From positions 279,558,001-279,622,000 of the forward strand of contig OZ024741.1 in assembly GCA_964016885.1 (NCBI GenBank): a DNA stretch of 64,000 nucleotides, given 5' to 3'. Every line of letters begins with the position of its first letter. Position 1 is the first letter of the stretch. Origin of the DNA: Eledone cirrhosa. Its lineage: Eukaryota. The translations under genes and the position numbers were made by a program. Below the pieces are notes generated by a model that saw nothing but the letters and a program-made list of their open reading frames with translations, had not been told where the DNA came from and did no database searches. Positions 27,871-40,784 of this stretch are shown here, one piece after another.

Positions 27871-27984
27871 TGAATAAATTTTAAAACATATTCCAATTAG
27901 ATTGTCCATAAAAATATAAATATGGGTTCCACATTTTTTTTGGAAAATAACGGTTCCATGTTAAAATAAGTTTGGGAACCACTG
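27764..27984. mobile_element. hAT-like MITE
   Basis: Right end GTTTGGGAACCACTG, left end AGTGTTTCCCAA; internal GGTTCCA repeats; no clean TSD. Confidence 0.5.
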
Positions 27985-30525
27985 ATTTGTAAGCATCAAG
28001 TATCCATTGGAAACTCTTCATGTTTCTTGCACACAACTGATATAGCTGCTTTTATCAAAATCACACTTACTTAAATACTTAAATCTTAGTCATAATGCAC
28101 AAGAATTTAAAAGAACTTCAACTTCACTGCAGAGAAGCACAAAAAAGAAAGAAAAAAAAAAGAAAATAAGAAACTAAGACAACTTATTTCCAAAGATAAT
28201 GAAGCTGTATTGGAATTTGGTGAGAAGAGTGAATGAAATGGATTAAATGTTGCTAGAAAAATGAAAAGTTAAACAAAATAAAATATAAAATAAAATCTTC
28301 AAGACTAGGTTGAACATTTCTGACTCAAAAAGGTTCATTAAGGAGAGATGTGAAGAGAGATAATTTAGGGCCCTGAGAAAAAAAGAAAAAACAAACAAAG
28401 GGATACAAACATAAAATTGATAAAAAGGATTATAATTTTGAAACCCCTATAATGACAGATTAGAAAATACTATTATTATAAGGTTTATTATAAGGTTTCT
28501 TTTAGGCCTGGATTCCTTCAATCTATAATCATTTCAAGTGTTGTTGCTTTTATGTTGCAGCATGTTCTACTTTTAGCATGTGTCAAGTCAACCCACCCAT
28601 CCATCCATTCGCAACCAAACAGATTGTGTGTATCGCTATTGTATCTAGCTATGGCATGATTCCAGCACATTGAGTGCTTTGTGTACAATAATATTATTTT
28701 AAAGCATAGAGGCAACAAACTCGTCATTTCTAAACTTATGATTAAGGTTACCCAATGACATTTGGTAAAACAGGAATATTGTAGAAACAAAACTAACCAA
28801 TACATAATGCACACACATACACACACAGAATTTTGTCTCTAAGGAATACAAAAAGTAAATAGAATGTCCAAGCCAGTGACTGAAACTTAGCTTATTATAA
28901 ACAAAAATACATGAGTAGCAATTTTCGGTACAAATGTAAAGACAACACTATTTTTTTTTTTTAAATAAACTATTGTATATCCTTTAAGTAAAAAAGTTAT
29001 TTAATTGTTAATGCACTTAGTCATTTCCTCTAATTTCATAGCTAACAAGTTCAAGTAACCAAACATCTATCCAACATAATCTAACAGAAACTGATAGGGA
29101 CTACCTGGTGTTGCACAATAAAACAGTATGCTGTTGAATGATAATCAGGATAATGCTGCGCAAGTCTATTATTTCCAACACATTGTTAATATTATTTTTA
29201 ACCAATATAAGATTTTGTTTTAATTCCGGAAATTTTACTAGCATTTAATAACCCAGTATAAAACAAAATCAATTTTAGTTGACTAAAATTATGAAAGTAT
29301 AATATGAAAGGAGTGACAGTAAAGAAAAAAGAATGACAAAAATAAAACAAGAGAAATGGAAATATATTCCAGATTATTTCTAAAGAAAAATATGAAAGTG
29401 CAATAGAAAAATAAAACTGAAATGAAGCTAATATCTATTCATGATGACAAAAAGTGCCCAGTACACACTGTAAATGTGGTTGGCATTAGCAAGAGCTTCC
29501 AAGCTGTAGAAACCAAAGCAAAATCAATTCTGTATGAGCAGGACATTGTCATCTAACCTGGCTTGTCTAACCCATGCTAGAGTGGAAATTAGATGTTAAA
29601 TGATGATGATGATGATGATGATGACTAAACTTTTTTCCTGCACACATATTTGTATGTATATGTATTTACTATTAGATGTGCGTGTTTCATACTCTATCTT
29701 GTGACCGAGTCTCTGTATTGCATATGTATGTATTTACTATTAGGTATCTGTATTACATTTGTATGTCAGTGTAAGTGTTTGTATCTTATATTTTGATAGC
29801 ATTTTTTAGGGTGCACACATTAGCAACTGTCTTTTTCTATCTATGGCGATGTAGCTAATTCTTATGGCTGTGTCTGTTTACATATTCTCCCTAACATCGG
29901 TACAAGACCGGCAATTTGGAGGAAGAGGAAAGTCTTAACTGGTACTTTATTTTATTGACCCCCAGAAGGATGAAAGGCAAAGTTGACCTTGGTGGAATTT
30001 GAACTTCAAACATGGAAAGTCGTAACCAAATACTAAAGCATTTTGTCTGACACTCTAGCGATTATGCCAGTCCACTGCTCTTGAGACTGTTTACATATGC
30101 ATGGCTGTGTGTGCGTGCACACGTGTTGCTTTCTATTTTCTCACTTCCATTATGGCTAGAAAGGACTTTGGAATTGATGGTTCATGACCCATAAATGTAC
30201 TGGAAGTTGTTTTAGGCAGAAGTAACTTGTATTTTAGAGTACATCAGTCAAAACAGTACAATCACCTGTTTTTCCCCTTACATCACACACACTTACATCA
30301 AACACATATACAGATTCATAGCTTTAGCAGCTTATAGATAAACGAATGTAAAATACATAAAAACTCAATTGCAATTTTTTCTAAAGCTTGTTTATCATGA
30401 AAAGAAAATACATTTTCCAAGCAAAAATAAAAAGTATGTGAACATATGAATTTATATAACAATGATCTCTTTTAGTCAAGAGGATTATTGGCAAAATTGA
30501 AGTGAACTGTGTGTGTGCGTGTATA

Positions 30526-31019
30526 TCATCATCATCACTTAACGTGCACTTTCCATGCTTGCATGGGTTAGACGAGGTGTCACATTGAGTCATGTCAGCC
30601 CGGAGTCAAACAATCTTAAACAAATCGGTATTTTTGGTTTGGATGCCCTTCCTAACACCACCCACGTTACAGTGTGGACAGGGTGCTTTTTTATTCTGAC
30701 ACCAAAACGACCATATATATATATATATATAAACAATATGCCCCCCCCCCCCCCACCGCAAGGTGGTCGTGGAGGTGCCACGGCAAAAAAGCACCCAGCC
30801 CACACTGTAAAGTGGACGTGTAGGCGCCACGAAAAAGCACCCAGCACTCACTGTAAATGAGGTTGGTGTTAGGAAGGGCATCCAGCTGTAGAAATCAAGC
30901 CAGATCAGTTCCTGTATGAGCAAGGCATGGTCAGCCGACCAGACACTGCCCACAACAGGACAACCCGTCTAACCCATGCTAGCGTGGAAGAACGGACGTA
31001 AAACGGTGATGATGATGAT
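30526..31019. mobile_element. Two head-to-head RTE 3' ends (minus 30526-30705, plus 30730-31019)
   Basis: Both carry GGAAGGGCATCC and AACCCATGC motifs and (GAT)n tails in opposite orientation. Confidence 0.8.
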
Positions 31020-31081
31020 ATATATATCGTTTCTGAATTTGTTTAGCAAGATTCTTTATCTAAAAACGTGTGTTGAAACCG

Positions 31082-31220
31082 ATATTGTTATGCTTTGGGA
31101 GGGTCATGTTGCCAATAAGAAACACACGCACCAGTAGCTTTCACTTCAATTTATTATAAATTGAAGTGAAAGCAACTGGTGCGTGTGTTTCTTATTGGCA
31201 ACATGAGCCTCCCAAAGCAT

Positions 31221-31228
<8 letters not shown>
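31082..31228. repeat. Near-perfect palindrome (72-bp arms, 3-nt loop)
   Basis: ATATTGTTATGCTTTGGGAGG...CTTCAATTTA-TTA-TAAATTGAAG...CCTCCCAAAGCATAACAATAT, two mismatches. Confidence 0.95.
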
Positions 31229-31306
<78 letters not shown>

Positions 31307-32269
31307 GTTATGTAAGTATAATACTTATTGTCTGTTTTTTTAAACTTATTTATATTGTTCTTTTCAAAATATTAGATATGTTTCCTATGGTATTGCCTGT
31401 TTGCAAAGGCTCCGATATATACACACGCACACATTTGGGTGCACAAGCAGAAGAAAAGGTAATCATTACATGTGGTTATTTAGCCCCAGGTCAGCCTGAT
31501 TGAGAGATAGTTGATCTAAGGTATTTTGATCATGATCCTGTCCTTTTTTTTTTTTCAGAACCAGACAAACCAATATGTTCTTCCCCTTTTAAGATATGAG
31601 AGATTTGGCTACTATTTCTAGCCGGCTGCGCATAGAGGCGTTTTTGTTTGGCATGTCAATACATGTAATAGTGTTCAATGTTAATGATTCACTACTACTC
31701 AAGAGTTTATATACGTTCAAACACAGAGGGCGATCCTTCGTTTTAAGTATGTGCAATGTAAACAACTAGTATGCAATTTTCTGGAGGTCGTGCTACTCAC
31801 TCACTTATTTCATTTATAACTCCACTGCTCTAGACTGATACTTTATTTTATCAACACGGAAAGGATGAAAGGCAAATTACATATATTTCAAATCCCTACA
31901 GATAAGCGATAAAGAGATTATTTGATGTCCATGTGTGTAATATTTCCTCTTCTTTTACAAATAAACAATTCGTTATTTACATACATGGCTCAATAATGGG
32001 TAAATGTTTACTATTTCACTAATCTCGGAGACGGTTGTAATAGTGGAGGGGGGGGGGGGGTTTAATTAATTTTAAGGTTAGTTGATAGGTTCCGTTAGAA
32101 TTAAGAACGTGAAATTTGTCTCTAATAATTTTTTTATGTGCTTTGAACGACAATGACCATCAAAACAGTCGTAAATTACTCGTTTTATGTGACCCCCCCC
32201 CCCCTCCAACAAACTCCATTACACCTGTCTCCGAGACGTGGTGTAATAATAAAAAATTTAGCTAATAAT

Positions 32270-32444
32270 TGTTTCTACTTTAGGCACAAGGCCAGCAATT
32301 ACCCAGTGCATTACTGGTACTTTATTTTATCGACCCCGTAAGGATGAAAGGCAAAGTCAACCTCGGCGGGATTTGAACTCAGATCGTAAAGGGACGTAAT
32401 TATGCTGGAAAGCATGGCGTCCGACCCTCTACCGATACTGCCAA
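32270..32444 (-). mobile_element. Young tRNA-derived SINE (family A) with 11-bp TSD
   Basis: TSD TAGCTAATAAT on both sides; near-identical to 9741-9921. Confidence 0.9.
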
Positions 32445-32559
32445 TAGCTAATAATGGGGTGTTAAAGTAGTTGATGGTGGCATTTAATAATAATAACTAA
32501 GACAAAAATAGGGTTTAAAGTAAAAAAAAAAAATTTTTTTTAAATCTGTTTAAACTAGC

Positions 32560-32900
32560 TGAAAAAAAAACGCGTTACTAGTTTGGTGTAATTAAGTAAA
32601 AAAAATTCTTAAAATTAAATGAAAGAGTGAATATATATGTGTGTGTATTGTAGGGCACGCACGCGACCGAAGTCATTAACAACGCGTCTACCGAAAAAGA
32701 AGAATCATACACATATATATTATATAAACACACACACACTGAAGGGAGTGCTTTATGATATATGTACATAAAACGTTCAAACATGACCGAACGGTCACTT
32801 AGTACACGTGAAAAGAGAATAAAATTCTATTTCCGAATTTTGAAGAGGACGGGAAGCTTTGACGTGACCTCACTGCTACATTATTTTTTCGGAATATATA
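32560..32900 (-). promoter_or_regulatory. Candidate promoter region
   Basis: Locally CpG-rich, apparently non-repetitive; E-box CACGTG 32805, palindrome TGACCG-AA-CGGTCA 32784, TGACGTGACCT 32860, minus-strand initiator-like TCAGT 32742-32738. Confidence 0.25.
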
Positions 32901-33275
32901 TATTTCCTGAATGAGTGGTTGTAATCACTTAAGAAAGAGCCCTCAATGTGTAAATCTTAGAGGTAAATATACTATATTATATAAAATACATGGCAAACTG
33001 GTGTATACCTTCCTGGGCACTCAGAGTTTTCCGAAGCAAGATCAACGACTCCGTAAAGGCAAAGTTAACCTCGGCGGGGTTTGAACTCAGATCGAAAAAG
33101 GTTACGGCCCTTTACAGTCTGAGTTCAAATCCCGCCAAAATTAGCTTTGCCTTTCATCCTAACGGGGTCGATAAAATATAGCACCAATACTGGACTGGAA
33201 TAATTTCTGGCTCTGTGCCAAAAGTAGAAACAAGTACTATTACTATTTATTATATATACATCTGCATATGCATTA

Positions 33276-33394
33276 CATTTTATTGGAGTTAAATAGTGAG
33301 TCTTGTTACTCTGGAGTTTCACCTGTTTACCACAGGGTCATAAACAAGAGAAAGTCCAGAGTAAAAAGACTAACTATTTAGCCTTAATAAAATG
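33276..33394. repeat. Foldback hairpin (about 54-bp imperfect arms)
   Basis: CATTTTATTGGAGTTAAATAGTGAGTCTTGTTACTCTGGA / TCCAGAGTAAAAAGACTAACTATTTAGCCTTAATAAAATG. Confidence 0.85.
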
Positions 33395-33468
33395 AATATT
33401 AAAACTACTTCAGTATTGACTGAGTACTCTACTCTCAGCCGTCAACCACATACGAATATACATACACA

Positions 33469-33541
33469 CAGACTGTCCCAAAAAATGTATACACACTTTA
33501 ACAGCATTCTAAAAGTGTGTATACATTTTGGGGGGAGATTG
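33469..33541. mobile_element. Minimal Tc1/mariner-type MITE hairpin
   Basis: CAGACTGTCCCAAAAAATGTATACACACTTT / AAAGTGTGTATACATTTTGGGGGGAGATTG followed by TA. Confidence 0.65.
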
Positions 33542-33884
33542 TATATATATGTATATATAAAGAAAAACTGCATAGCCGTTCAATTTTGAAACAGTATCAA
33601 CAAGAGAATAAAGGCTAAAAGTGTGAAAAGTGTATAATAAAAACATTCGCTATTAAATATTTCCGATTATGTAGCAATGAGTATTCGTCAAAATGTGAGG
33701 AAGATGAGTTAGCGGACATACGTCAAACCATAATGGAATGTGTCAAATCCGAGATACACATTATGACTCATCACAATGATTTTTATAGAGTGATAGACAG
33801 CAAACATCCGTCTTAAAGTCGATGGTTCATTCCGTCTTTTGGAATAACGTTAATGACTTTTTATCGATAGTAACTATAATATAC

Positions 33885-34010
33885 GGACCACATCCCTGCT
33901 GACTGCTACCTGGGAGCAGTTGACTGCCCGCAGGTGCGAGCCTCGCGAGGTGGACTGGCCGTCCACTGGGGCAATGTATTCGCCATCCTGTCGGGCGCGA
34001 GGCAGAGGGT
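33885..34010 (+). mobile_element. Degenerate CRE-like 3' end
   Basis: EPREVDW and LAVHWGNVFAIL in two frames; aligns with 27400-27490. Confidence 0.6.
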
Positions 34011-35496
34011 AAGTTGGAGGTGGAAGATACTCGTGTAGACGTCACAGTGTAAATTTATCTCAGATTGTTAGACTAACCGTTGAACGAATGTTACGCAAAT
34101 AATTACATCAAATACTGTCAAAGATCTACCAACTATAAACAAGATCTTTGAGTCTATGGAGGCTACGAAAAGATTCAACAACAGAACCTCCTAGATGCTA
34201 CATAGCTTCTCTTGTTTTCCATGCCCCTTTTACCTCCTGATGGTCTTTTTTTATTCCTTGTCTATCTTGTTTTTGTTTCTTAACTGTAAGGGGTATTAGA
34301 TAGCCACGACAGACGAAGATGGGTGTGTAGTGAAGTAATTCAATTCGCCATGTGGTTTCGAATTCAGTCCCACTGAGTAGAGGTGAAAGTTTACTTGGTG
34401 AGAAGGGTAATTTTGGACACCCTGCAGGACAAAGGGCGGAAGAACTCATAAGAGTCAACGGCCATTCGAAAGTATGTAAATATGTATATACACATTGCAC
34501 GATAGAATTAATTAATAATGGTATATCGTGCAATGGCCATACTCGATAACGAGGGGGCAGCCATCGTGTGTGTGTATGTATGTGTGTGTGTGTATGAACG
34601 TTTGTGCCTGTTTCCTGATGTCCCTTGACTTAGCAGTTCGACAAAAAATAGCTTGATAAAATAAGTACTAGACATGAAAAAAATTTTCTGGAATCAGTAT
34701 AATTTACATCTACAAAATATCCCTTTTAAATGGTGCCCTAGAATGACCGCAGTTTAATGACTGAAACCAAGTAAAAGATTTTTGTTTTAATGATATGAGA
34801 ATATTCAGAGAAATTAACTGAAAACAATGTTGACTGACTAGAGTGTAAATGAAAAACAACCCTACAAGATTAAAGCAAAACAAATGTTTCTGACTAAATT
34901 ATGTATAACCAACCCAATGAGTAAATTAAACGAGCAGAGAGAGGTGAGAGGTATGACTGACCAATAAATGTTGATATAGTTTTATAAATCGCCATCTTCA
35001 AACTCAGTGAAGTTTGTTGAACTAACAGAATTACTGTAAATAAGTGTGATTTTATATGTGTGTGGTGTGTGTAAAACAAAAGGATGGACTGGAAATATCT
35101 CTTTAAAGTTTTAGTGTTGCCCCCAAAACGTATTTGAATGGCCTGGTTACGTAAGACCCTGGCGACGACATCATCACGCACGGATTGCATAATTAGTTGA
35201 ACACAAATAGAGAATATATTTGATTCGGAAATTCAACATCTATGACGAATAAGTTGCATAATGTAGAGTGCTTAACTAATCAGAATCCATAGGTGAACCA
35301 CACACAACATAAATGGAGAGAGAGACCCCGAGTAATATCGGGGGGGGGGGGGTAACCGCAGTTTAAAGGGGTACTTAATACATTACTTAACTTGGTACTT
35401 TATTTTATCGACACCCAGAAAGATGAAAGTGAATTCGATGAAATTTCCGTCACATTAATGAATGAATGAATGAATATATATATATATATATATATC

Positions 35497-35760
35497 AGTC
35501 TGTGACGTTAGGGATGTTTGGTGAAGTTGAGCCGCTGACAACGAAGTACTTAATCGTTGGTGGCTCGCCTTACCGAGATGTCTAGTGAGGCCCATGAGGA
35601 TTCCTGGTTGTTTCAGCCATCACCCGCGGTAATGCTGCGAGCATTGCCTCAAAATTTTCCGTTGGTCCTTGGGATAGGCAGCCGAATGTCGCGCTTGGTG
35701 AATTGGTGGTTGCTTTTGTTTGTTTTGTTCTTCCCTTTTCTCTCGCTTTGATCATATGTG
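35497..35760 (+). mobile_element. Degenerate CRE-like 3' end
   Basis: TLGMFG, RLTEMSSEAHEDSWLFQ and AITRGNAASI across frameshifts. Confidence 0.65.
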
Positions 35761-35787
35761 AGGTTCCTAGCAATAATTAATGTATTA

Positions 35788-36400
35788 CAGTAAACCCCTA
35801 TTTATCGCGGAGGGTACTTTCTAGAACCAACCGCGATATAGAGAGACCCTAAAGGCAACCGTTGTTTTCTTAATTTAAGCCTTAAAATACCTCTCCTACA
35901 CGATTTAAGTCCATATAAACTCATTAAAACACACTTTTGTATTTAAACACCAAAAAACAGCCAGTAACGATCGTATAGAAATTAACACTAACGATCGTAC
36001 CACTAGTTACCAATGACGACCATTACCAGCCACGTTAGCCGCTTGGTAGTATACTGCATATCTCCCGTCAATCTATGAAGGGTTTATAGTAGATTAGAGA
36101 AAAACACAATCAGTAAAACAGATATGGAATGAAAAATAAAAACATTTTATAGTTACAGCCTTAAGATGCCCCTTCCTTACGCTATACACTTCAATCACAT
36201 CGAAACTTATTTAATAAGTTTAAATTTTGAACACTTTTTATTCAGACGTACGTACCGCGATACGAAAATAGATATGCTCTAACGAAAAATACTCGATGTA
36301 GCGAGGTTACCGCAATAAAAAAATTAGATACGTTCCAAAGAAAAATCCGCGATGTAGCGGGACCACGAAAAGTGAACCGCGATATAGCGGGGGATTACTG
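35788..36400. mobile_element. pogo/Tigger-like MITE
   Basis: TIRs CAGTAAACCCCTATTTATCGCGG / CCGCGATATAGCGGGGGATTACTG, repeated subterminal CCGCGAT motifs, TA at left. Confidence 0.8.
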
Positions 36401-37605
36401 TGTGTGTGTGTTTATATTTTCATTCTGTAAGAAATATAAACAATTTGTAATGTTATTTATACAACTGTAAATAATAAAAACTGTGTGTGTATATATAATA
36501 TGTATATACACACAGAAAAATCGAAGCACAGACGACGAACGAAAGATCTCGCCAGATATAATTCAAAGATCAGGTGGCATGATTGCTAAAACACAAATTA
36601 AAACATGGACTTTATTACTATTGTTTGTCTGTCCTCGCTCACTGGCTGTCATAATACTAATAAAGCAAGGTCAAGTAAGCTAAAAACAAGAGTTTCTGTA
36701 ATGCCATTCGACTTGCTAGAAATAGCAGACAAACTACCCCCTAACGTCTTAAAAGGAAGGTTACAATTGGATAATGAAGTCTTAGATATGCAGGATGTCT
36801 GAAAAAATATTATGAGATTATAATAGCTGGAACGTCTTTGCTTATAAACGGCTGATCAAAGAGCAACATTTATAAATATGCCGCACGCGCGTGCGTGTAT
36901 AGAGACGATCCACATTGACTGCTATTTCTAGTGGCAATTTAGGCTCGTCACTGTCCGTATATACAAATATTTACCACGTTAGTAGATATATGCTTGCGTG
37001 CAATATATTTTTTTCATGCACCACGCTGGTTCGATGAGAATGGACTCATTTCTCTTAACCAATATTTATATTTTTTTTATACATTACAGAATCCCTCTGA
37101 CAAAAAGCTGTTCTGTTAACGGTGGCCATATCAATCTATTGGAATGGTCAGTGTTATTCTTCAGTTTGGAAACTGCAGTAAGGGAACTTAGTAAAGCGTT
37201 TTAGCTTTGGGTTGCTTGACTAAAAATATATCCCCAGTGAAAGATGTTTGTGAAGTGTTCGTTTTAGATTACTTTATTGTGATCTATTCCTCAGTGATTT
37301 TATATAAGATGTTCCATATGTGTGTGTGTGTGTATATACATGCATGGTCCCCTAACTCCCGAGGGAGTCGTGGGGGCGCCGTATTGACAGACAGCGTTTC
37401 CAGGTCATTTTAAAACCTGGCTCTCCAAGTCTGAATACAGTAGATTTCTTCCAGAGGAGAGGAGGAAGTGAGAAAGAGATATAGAGAAAGAATCGACCAC
37501 AGTACTTGACTGGTACTTTTTTTATATATATATATTGTTTGTTTGTTTTTCACCTATGAGTGAAAGGCCCTCAGTTGTTGTCACAAAACACCTTTCTAGG
37601 AGAGG

Positions 37606-37664
37606 GACTGGAGACAAAATAAAAAGATGTTCTATCACATCTTCCTTTTATTTTGTCTCCAGTC
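37606..37664. repeat. 59-nt hairpin
   Basis: GACTGGAGACAAAATAAAAAGATGT / ACATCTTCCTTTTATTTTGTCTCCAGTC. Confidence 0.85.
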
Positions 37665-38302
37665 AGTTAGTCAGACTTTGTTACATTTGATTCGTAAAGA
37701 AGTTTCCCATGCCGCGTGAGACATCACTGTTTATTTGCTTTGGGATATTAATTTTAAAAAATCTAATGGAAAGGAAAGAAATATAAATAAATGTGTATAT
37801 ATAGACAGGTAACTCCTGATTGAGTTGTAAAAGCGCCGTAGTGACACATACCGTATATCTTGGGCATTTTAAAACTGGCAGAGCCTGTCTCATCTCCAGG
37901 TCTAAACACAGCAGATTTTTTTCCAGGGGGAAAAAGAGAGAGAGTGTGTGTGTGTGTGTGTGTATTGGCGAGGACGTGAGAAAGATTAGAGGTAGAATCG
38001 ACGCCAGAACTGAACTGGTACTTTTTTTATCGACCTTGGCGGGATTTGAACTCAGACTGCAAAGATCCGGAACGAATACCGCAAAGCATTCTATTCAACG
38101 TACTAACAACTGCCAATTCACCACCTACAAATGTTGGTATATACAAAACATAACGTATCTATGCTTTGTTCATGAGAATAAGACTTACAAATATAGTGTG
38201 TCATTTACTTTATCCATTTACTAATTTGACAGAATTAATTCCATTTTGATTCTTAAGAAATCTGCATCAGAACAGAATTATTTCTGTAAAATTAGTACAC
38301 AC

Positions 38303-38358
<56 letters not shown>

Positions 38359-38509
38359 CACACACCACTCCATTACAAATGTACATTTTGTTATCACTCT
38401 GAGAATGGTTGGCTCCCGTATATGTTCAATCTATTTCTTATTGAGTGAGTAATTGAGAGCAACTGAGATTATAGAAAATGTTTTTCCTATGGCCTCAGTA
38501 ACTAAACTA

Positions 38510-39370
38510 TATATAACTGCAGTGTGAGTGGAAAATGGTTCACTGTAAACAGAGGAGTTCAACAGGGATGCCTGGTGTCGCCATTAGCATTCAATCTTTA
38601 CTGTGAGGAGGTGATGAGAAAGTCAGTAGATATGCTCTCCTGGATCGGAGTTTCTGCGGTATGCTGATGACAGTGCTCATAGCAAACTCACCAGCAAATC
38701 TGCAAGTATTACTGGATAAAGTTTATAGAATTTCAAGGGAATATAGTCTGGAAATCAACATCAAAAAGACAAAAGTAATGGCAACAACTAGACAGAAGGA
38801 AGAAATAAACATACGTTGCCAAAGTGCCATGATTGAACACGTCGAGAAGTTCAAATACCTTGGTTCAATACTTCGGCAGAGGGAAGCTGGGAAATAAGGG
38901 CGAGACTAGCAACTGAACACACTCAGCAGCCTTTGGAAGAATAGAGATCTTACAAAGTCCACCAAAAAGAAAGTAATCCAAACATTAGTGTGGCCAGAGC
39001 TCTATATGGTTGTGAGTCATGGACTTTAAAGACTTGAAACGACAGTGCATTTTGAAATGTCATGCTATAGGTGAGCACACAAAAATAGTGGACAGCTCAC
39101 AGAACAAATGAATCTGCACTGGAAGAGATTGGTGCCAATCAACAGTTGGTTGAAACAGTAAGGAAGAGGAAATTTTAGTATTTTGGTTATGTCATCAGGG
39201 CCCAAAATTTGACTACCCACATCTTTGAGGGACGAATACAAGGGACAAGGGCCAGGGGACAGCAGAAAGGAGTTTGGTGAATTGTACGGCAATGGCAAGA
39301 GACAGGGAAAAGCTGGAAAGTCCATAAGTCTCAACCCCTCAGTTATGAGGATGGGATGAGGCTAAGGCTA
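38510..39370 (+). mobile_element. Degraded LINE RT (RTE-like, third family)
   Basis: RGVQQGCLVSPLAFNLYCEEVMR, RYADD, YSLEINIKKTKVM, VEKFKYLGS, LYGCESWTLK with deletions. Confidence 0.9.
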
Positions 39371-39712
39371 TATATCATCATCGTCATATATATATATAGT
39401 TATATTTGGGGAGGGTCATATTGTTATAATATTCCTAGAAGTAATAATATAACACACTGTTTGGTTTGGATTGGTTTTCGCGTCTTTATCTTTTATATCT
39501 CTAGAGTTAATTTATCTGGCAATCAATGTTTATTATTGATTGACCAAGAGTTAAAAATATAGAAATATATATATATGTATATATATAGTAAAAAATTGAA
39601 CGGGAACAAAACAGAGAGGCAGTACGAACAAAGGTTTATTAGTTTCACGCGCTTGAGAGTGGGGTGGTGGTGGAGTCTTTATATACATATGATAGATAAA
39701 TTAACTATAGAA

Positions 39713-39850
39713 GCACATGGCTTAGTGGTTAGAGCATTGGCCTTGCAATCGAAAGGTTGTGAGTTCAATTCTCTGGCCGGGTGATGTATTGTTTCCTTGA
39801 ACAAGACACTTTATTTCACATTGCTCCAGTTTACTCAGCTGTAGAAATGA
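39713..39850 (+). mobile_element. tRNA-derived SINE head (second family)
   Basis: A-box TGGCTTAGTGG, B-box GAGTTCAATTC, body TCCTTGAACAAGACACTT; relatives near 2720 and 12300; followed by an RTE 3' end at 39880-40045. Confidence 0.75.
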
Positions 39851-40496
39851 GATGATAGGGACTGGGGTCCCTATCATTCCACTGCAAAGTGGTCGTGGAG
39901 GTACCACAGCAAAAAATCACCCAGCACTCACTGTAAATGAGGTTGGTGTTAGGAGGGGCATCCAGCTGTAGAAATCAAACCAGAATCAGTTCCCGTCCCA
40001 CCCTTGCAAGCAGGGAAAAGCGAACGTAAAATGATGATGATGATAGAGATATAAAAGATATAGAAGCAAAAAACCAATCCAAACCAAACAGTGAATGTTT
40101 TATTATTTCTGGCAACATTATAACAATATGACCCTCCCCAAATATAACAATATTTGTTTCAACACACGATTTCATATCAAAAACCTTGCAAAACAAGTAT
40201 ATATATAAAAGAAAAATGATGGGGTTTCATTTACAGGTATTTATTGTGTATGAACATTTTATTTTTTGTTAAATCACCTATCTGATGAGCAGATCAATGC
40301 TGAAGTTAGATCCATAACTTCCATGGGTGACAATAATCTGTGAAACATGCAAATTGTCAATTGAGAATAAAAACAAATAGATGTAGACGAAAATTTATCG
40401 TTTTTCTTATATACACACTTTCCTGTGCATTGAGTGCTCATATTGGTACCACCACACATAATGCACTGAATCACACACATATATATATATATATAT

Positions 40497-40535
<39 letters not shown>

Positions 40536-40680
40536 TATATATATATATTCCACGTTTCTCTCTCTCTCTCTCCGTCTTTTTACTTATCCTTAACACTACG
40601 ATTTACTAAAGTAAACAAACCACTATCCTGATGTCTTCCAAAACTAACGGTCGCATTTTGAAAGGGTACGTCAATGTTTA

Positions 40681-40784
40681 TTTATAAAAACTGGTTTATA
40701 TTGTATTTTGTCTGATGAAGGCATACCATAATTTAACTTGGTATCCTTGAAATATGTATAATGAAATAAATATGGTTTTATAAA
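40681..40784 (+). ncRNA. Type-I hammerhead ribozyme motif
   Basis: Stem I TATTTTGT/ATGAAATA extending to TTTATAAAA/TTTTATAAA; core CTGATGA 40712-40718; stem II AGGCATACCA/TGGTATCCTT; GAAA 40749-40752; TATGTA; TA (cut after 40760). Confidence 0.7.

Noticed and set aside
33885-34013. GC-rich open frame ending in AGG|GTAAGT as a host exon
   Set aside because: Better explained as a degenerate CRE retrotransposon tail; no good acceptor upstream
39713-39785. tRNA gene
   Set aside because: Acceptor stem not formed and it runs into a SINE body; it is a tRNA-derived SINE head
40279-40316. CTGATGA-GCA...TGC hammerhead-like start
   Set aside because: No GAAA and no stem I/III pairing; CTGATGA at 24098 and 26277 likewise lack stems
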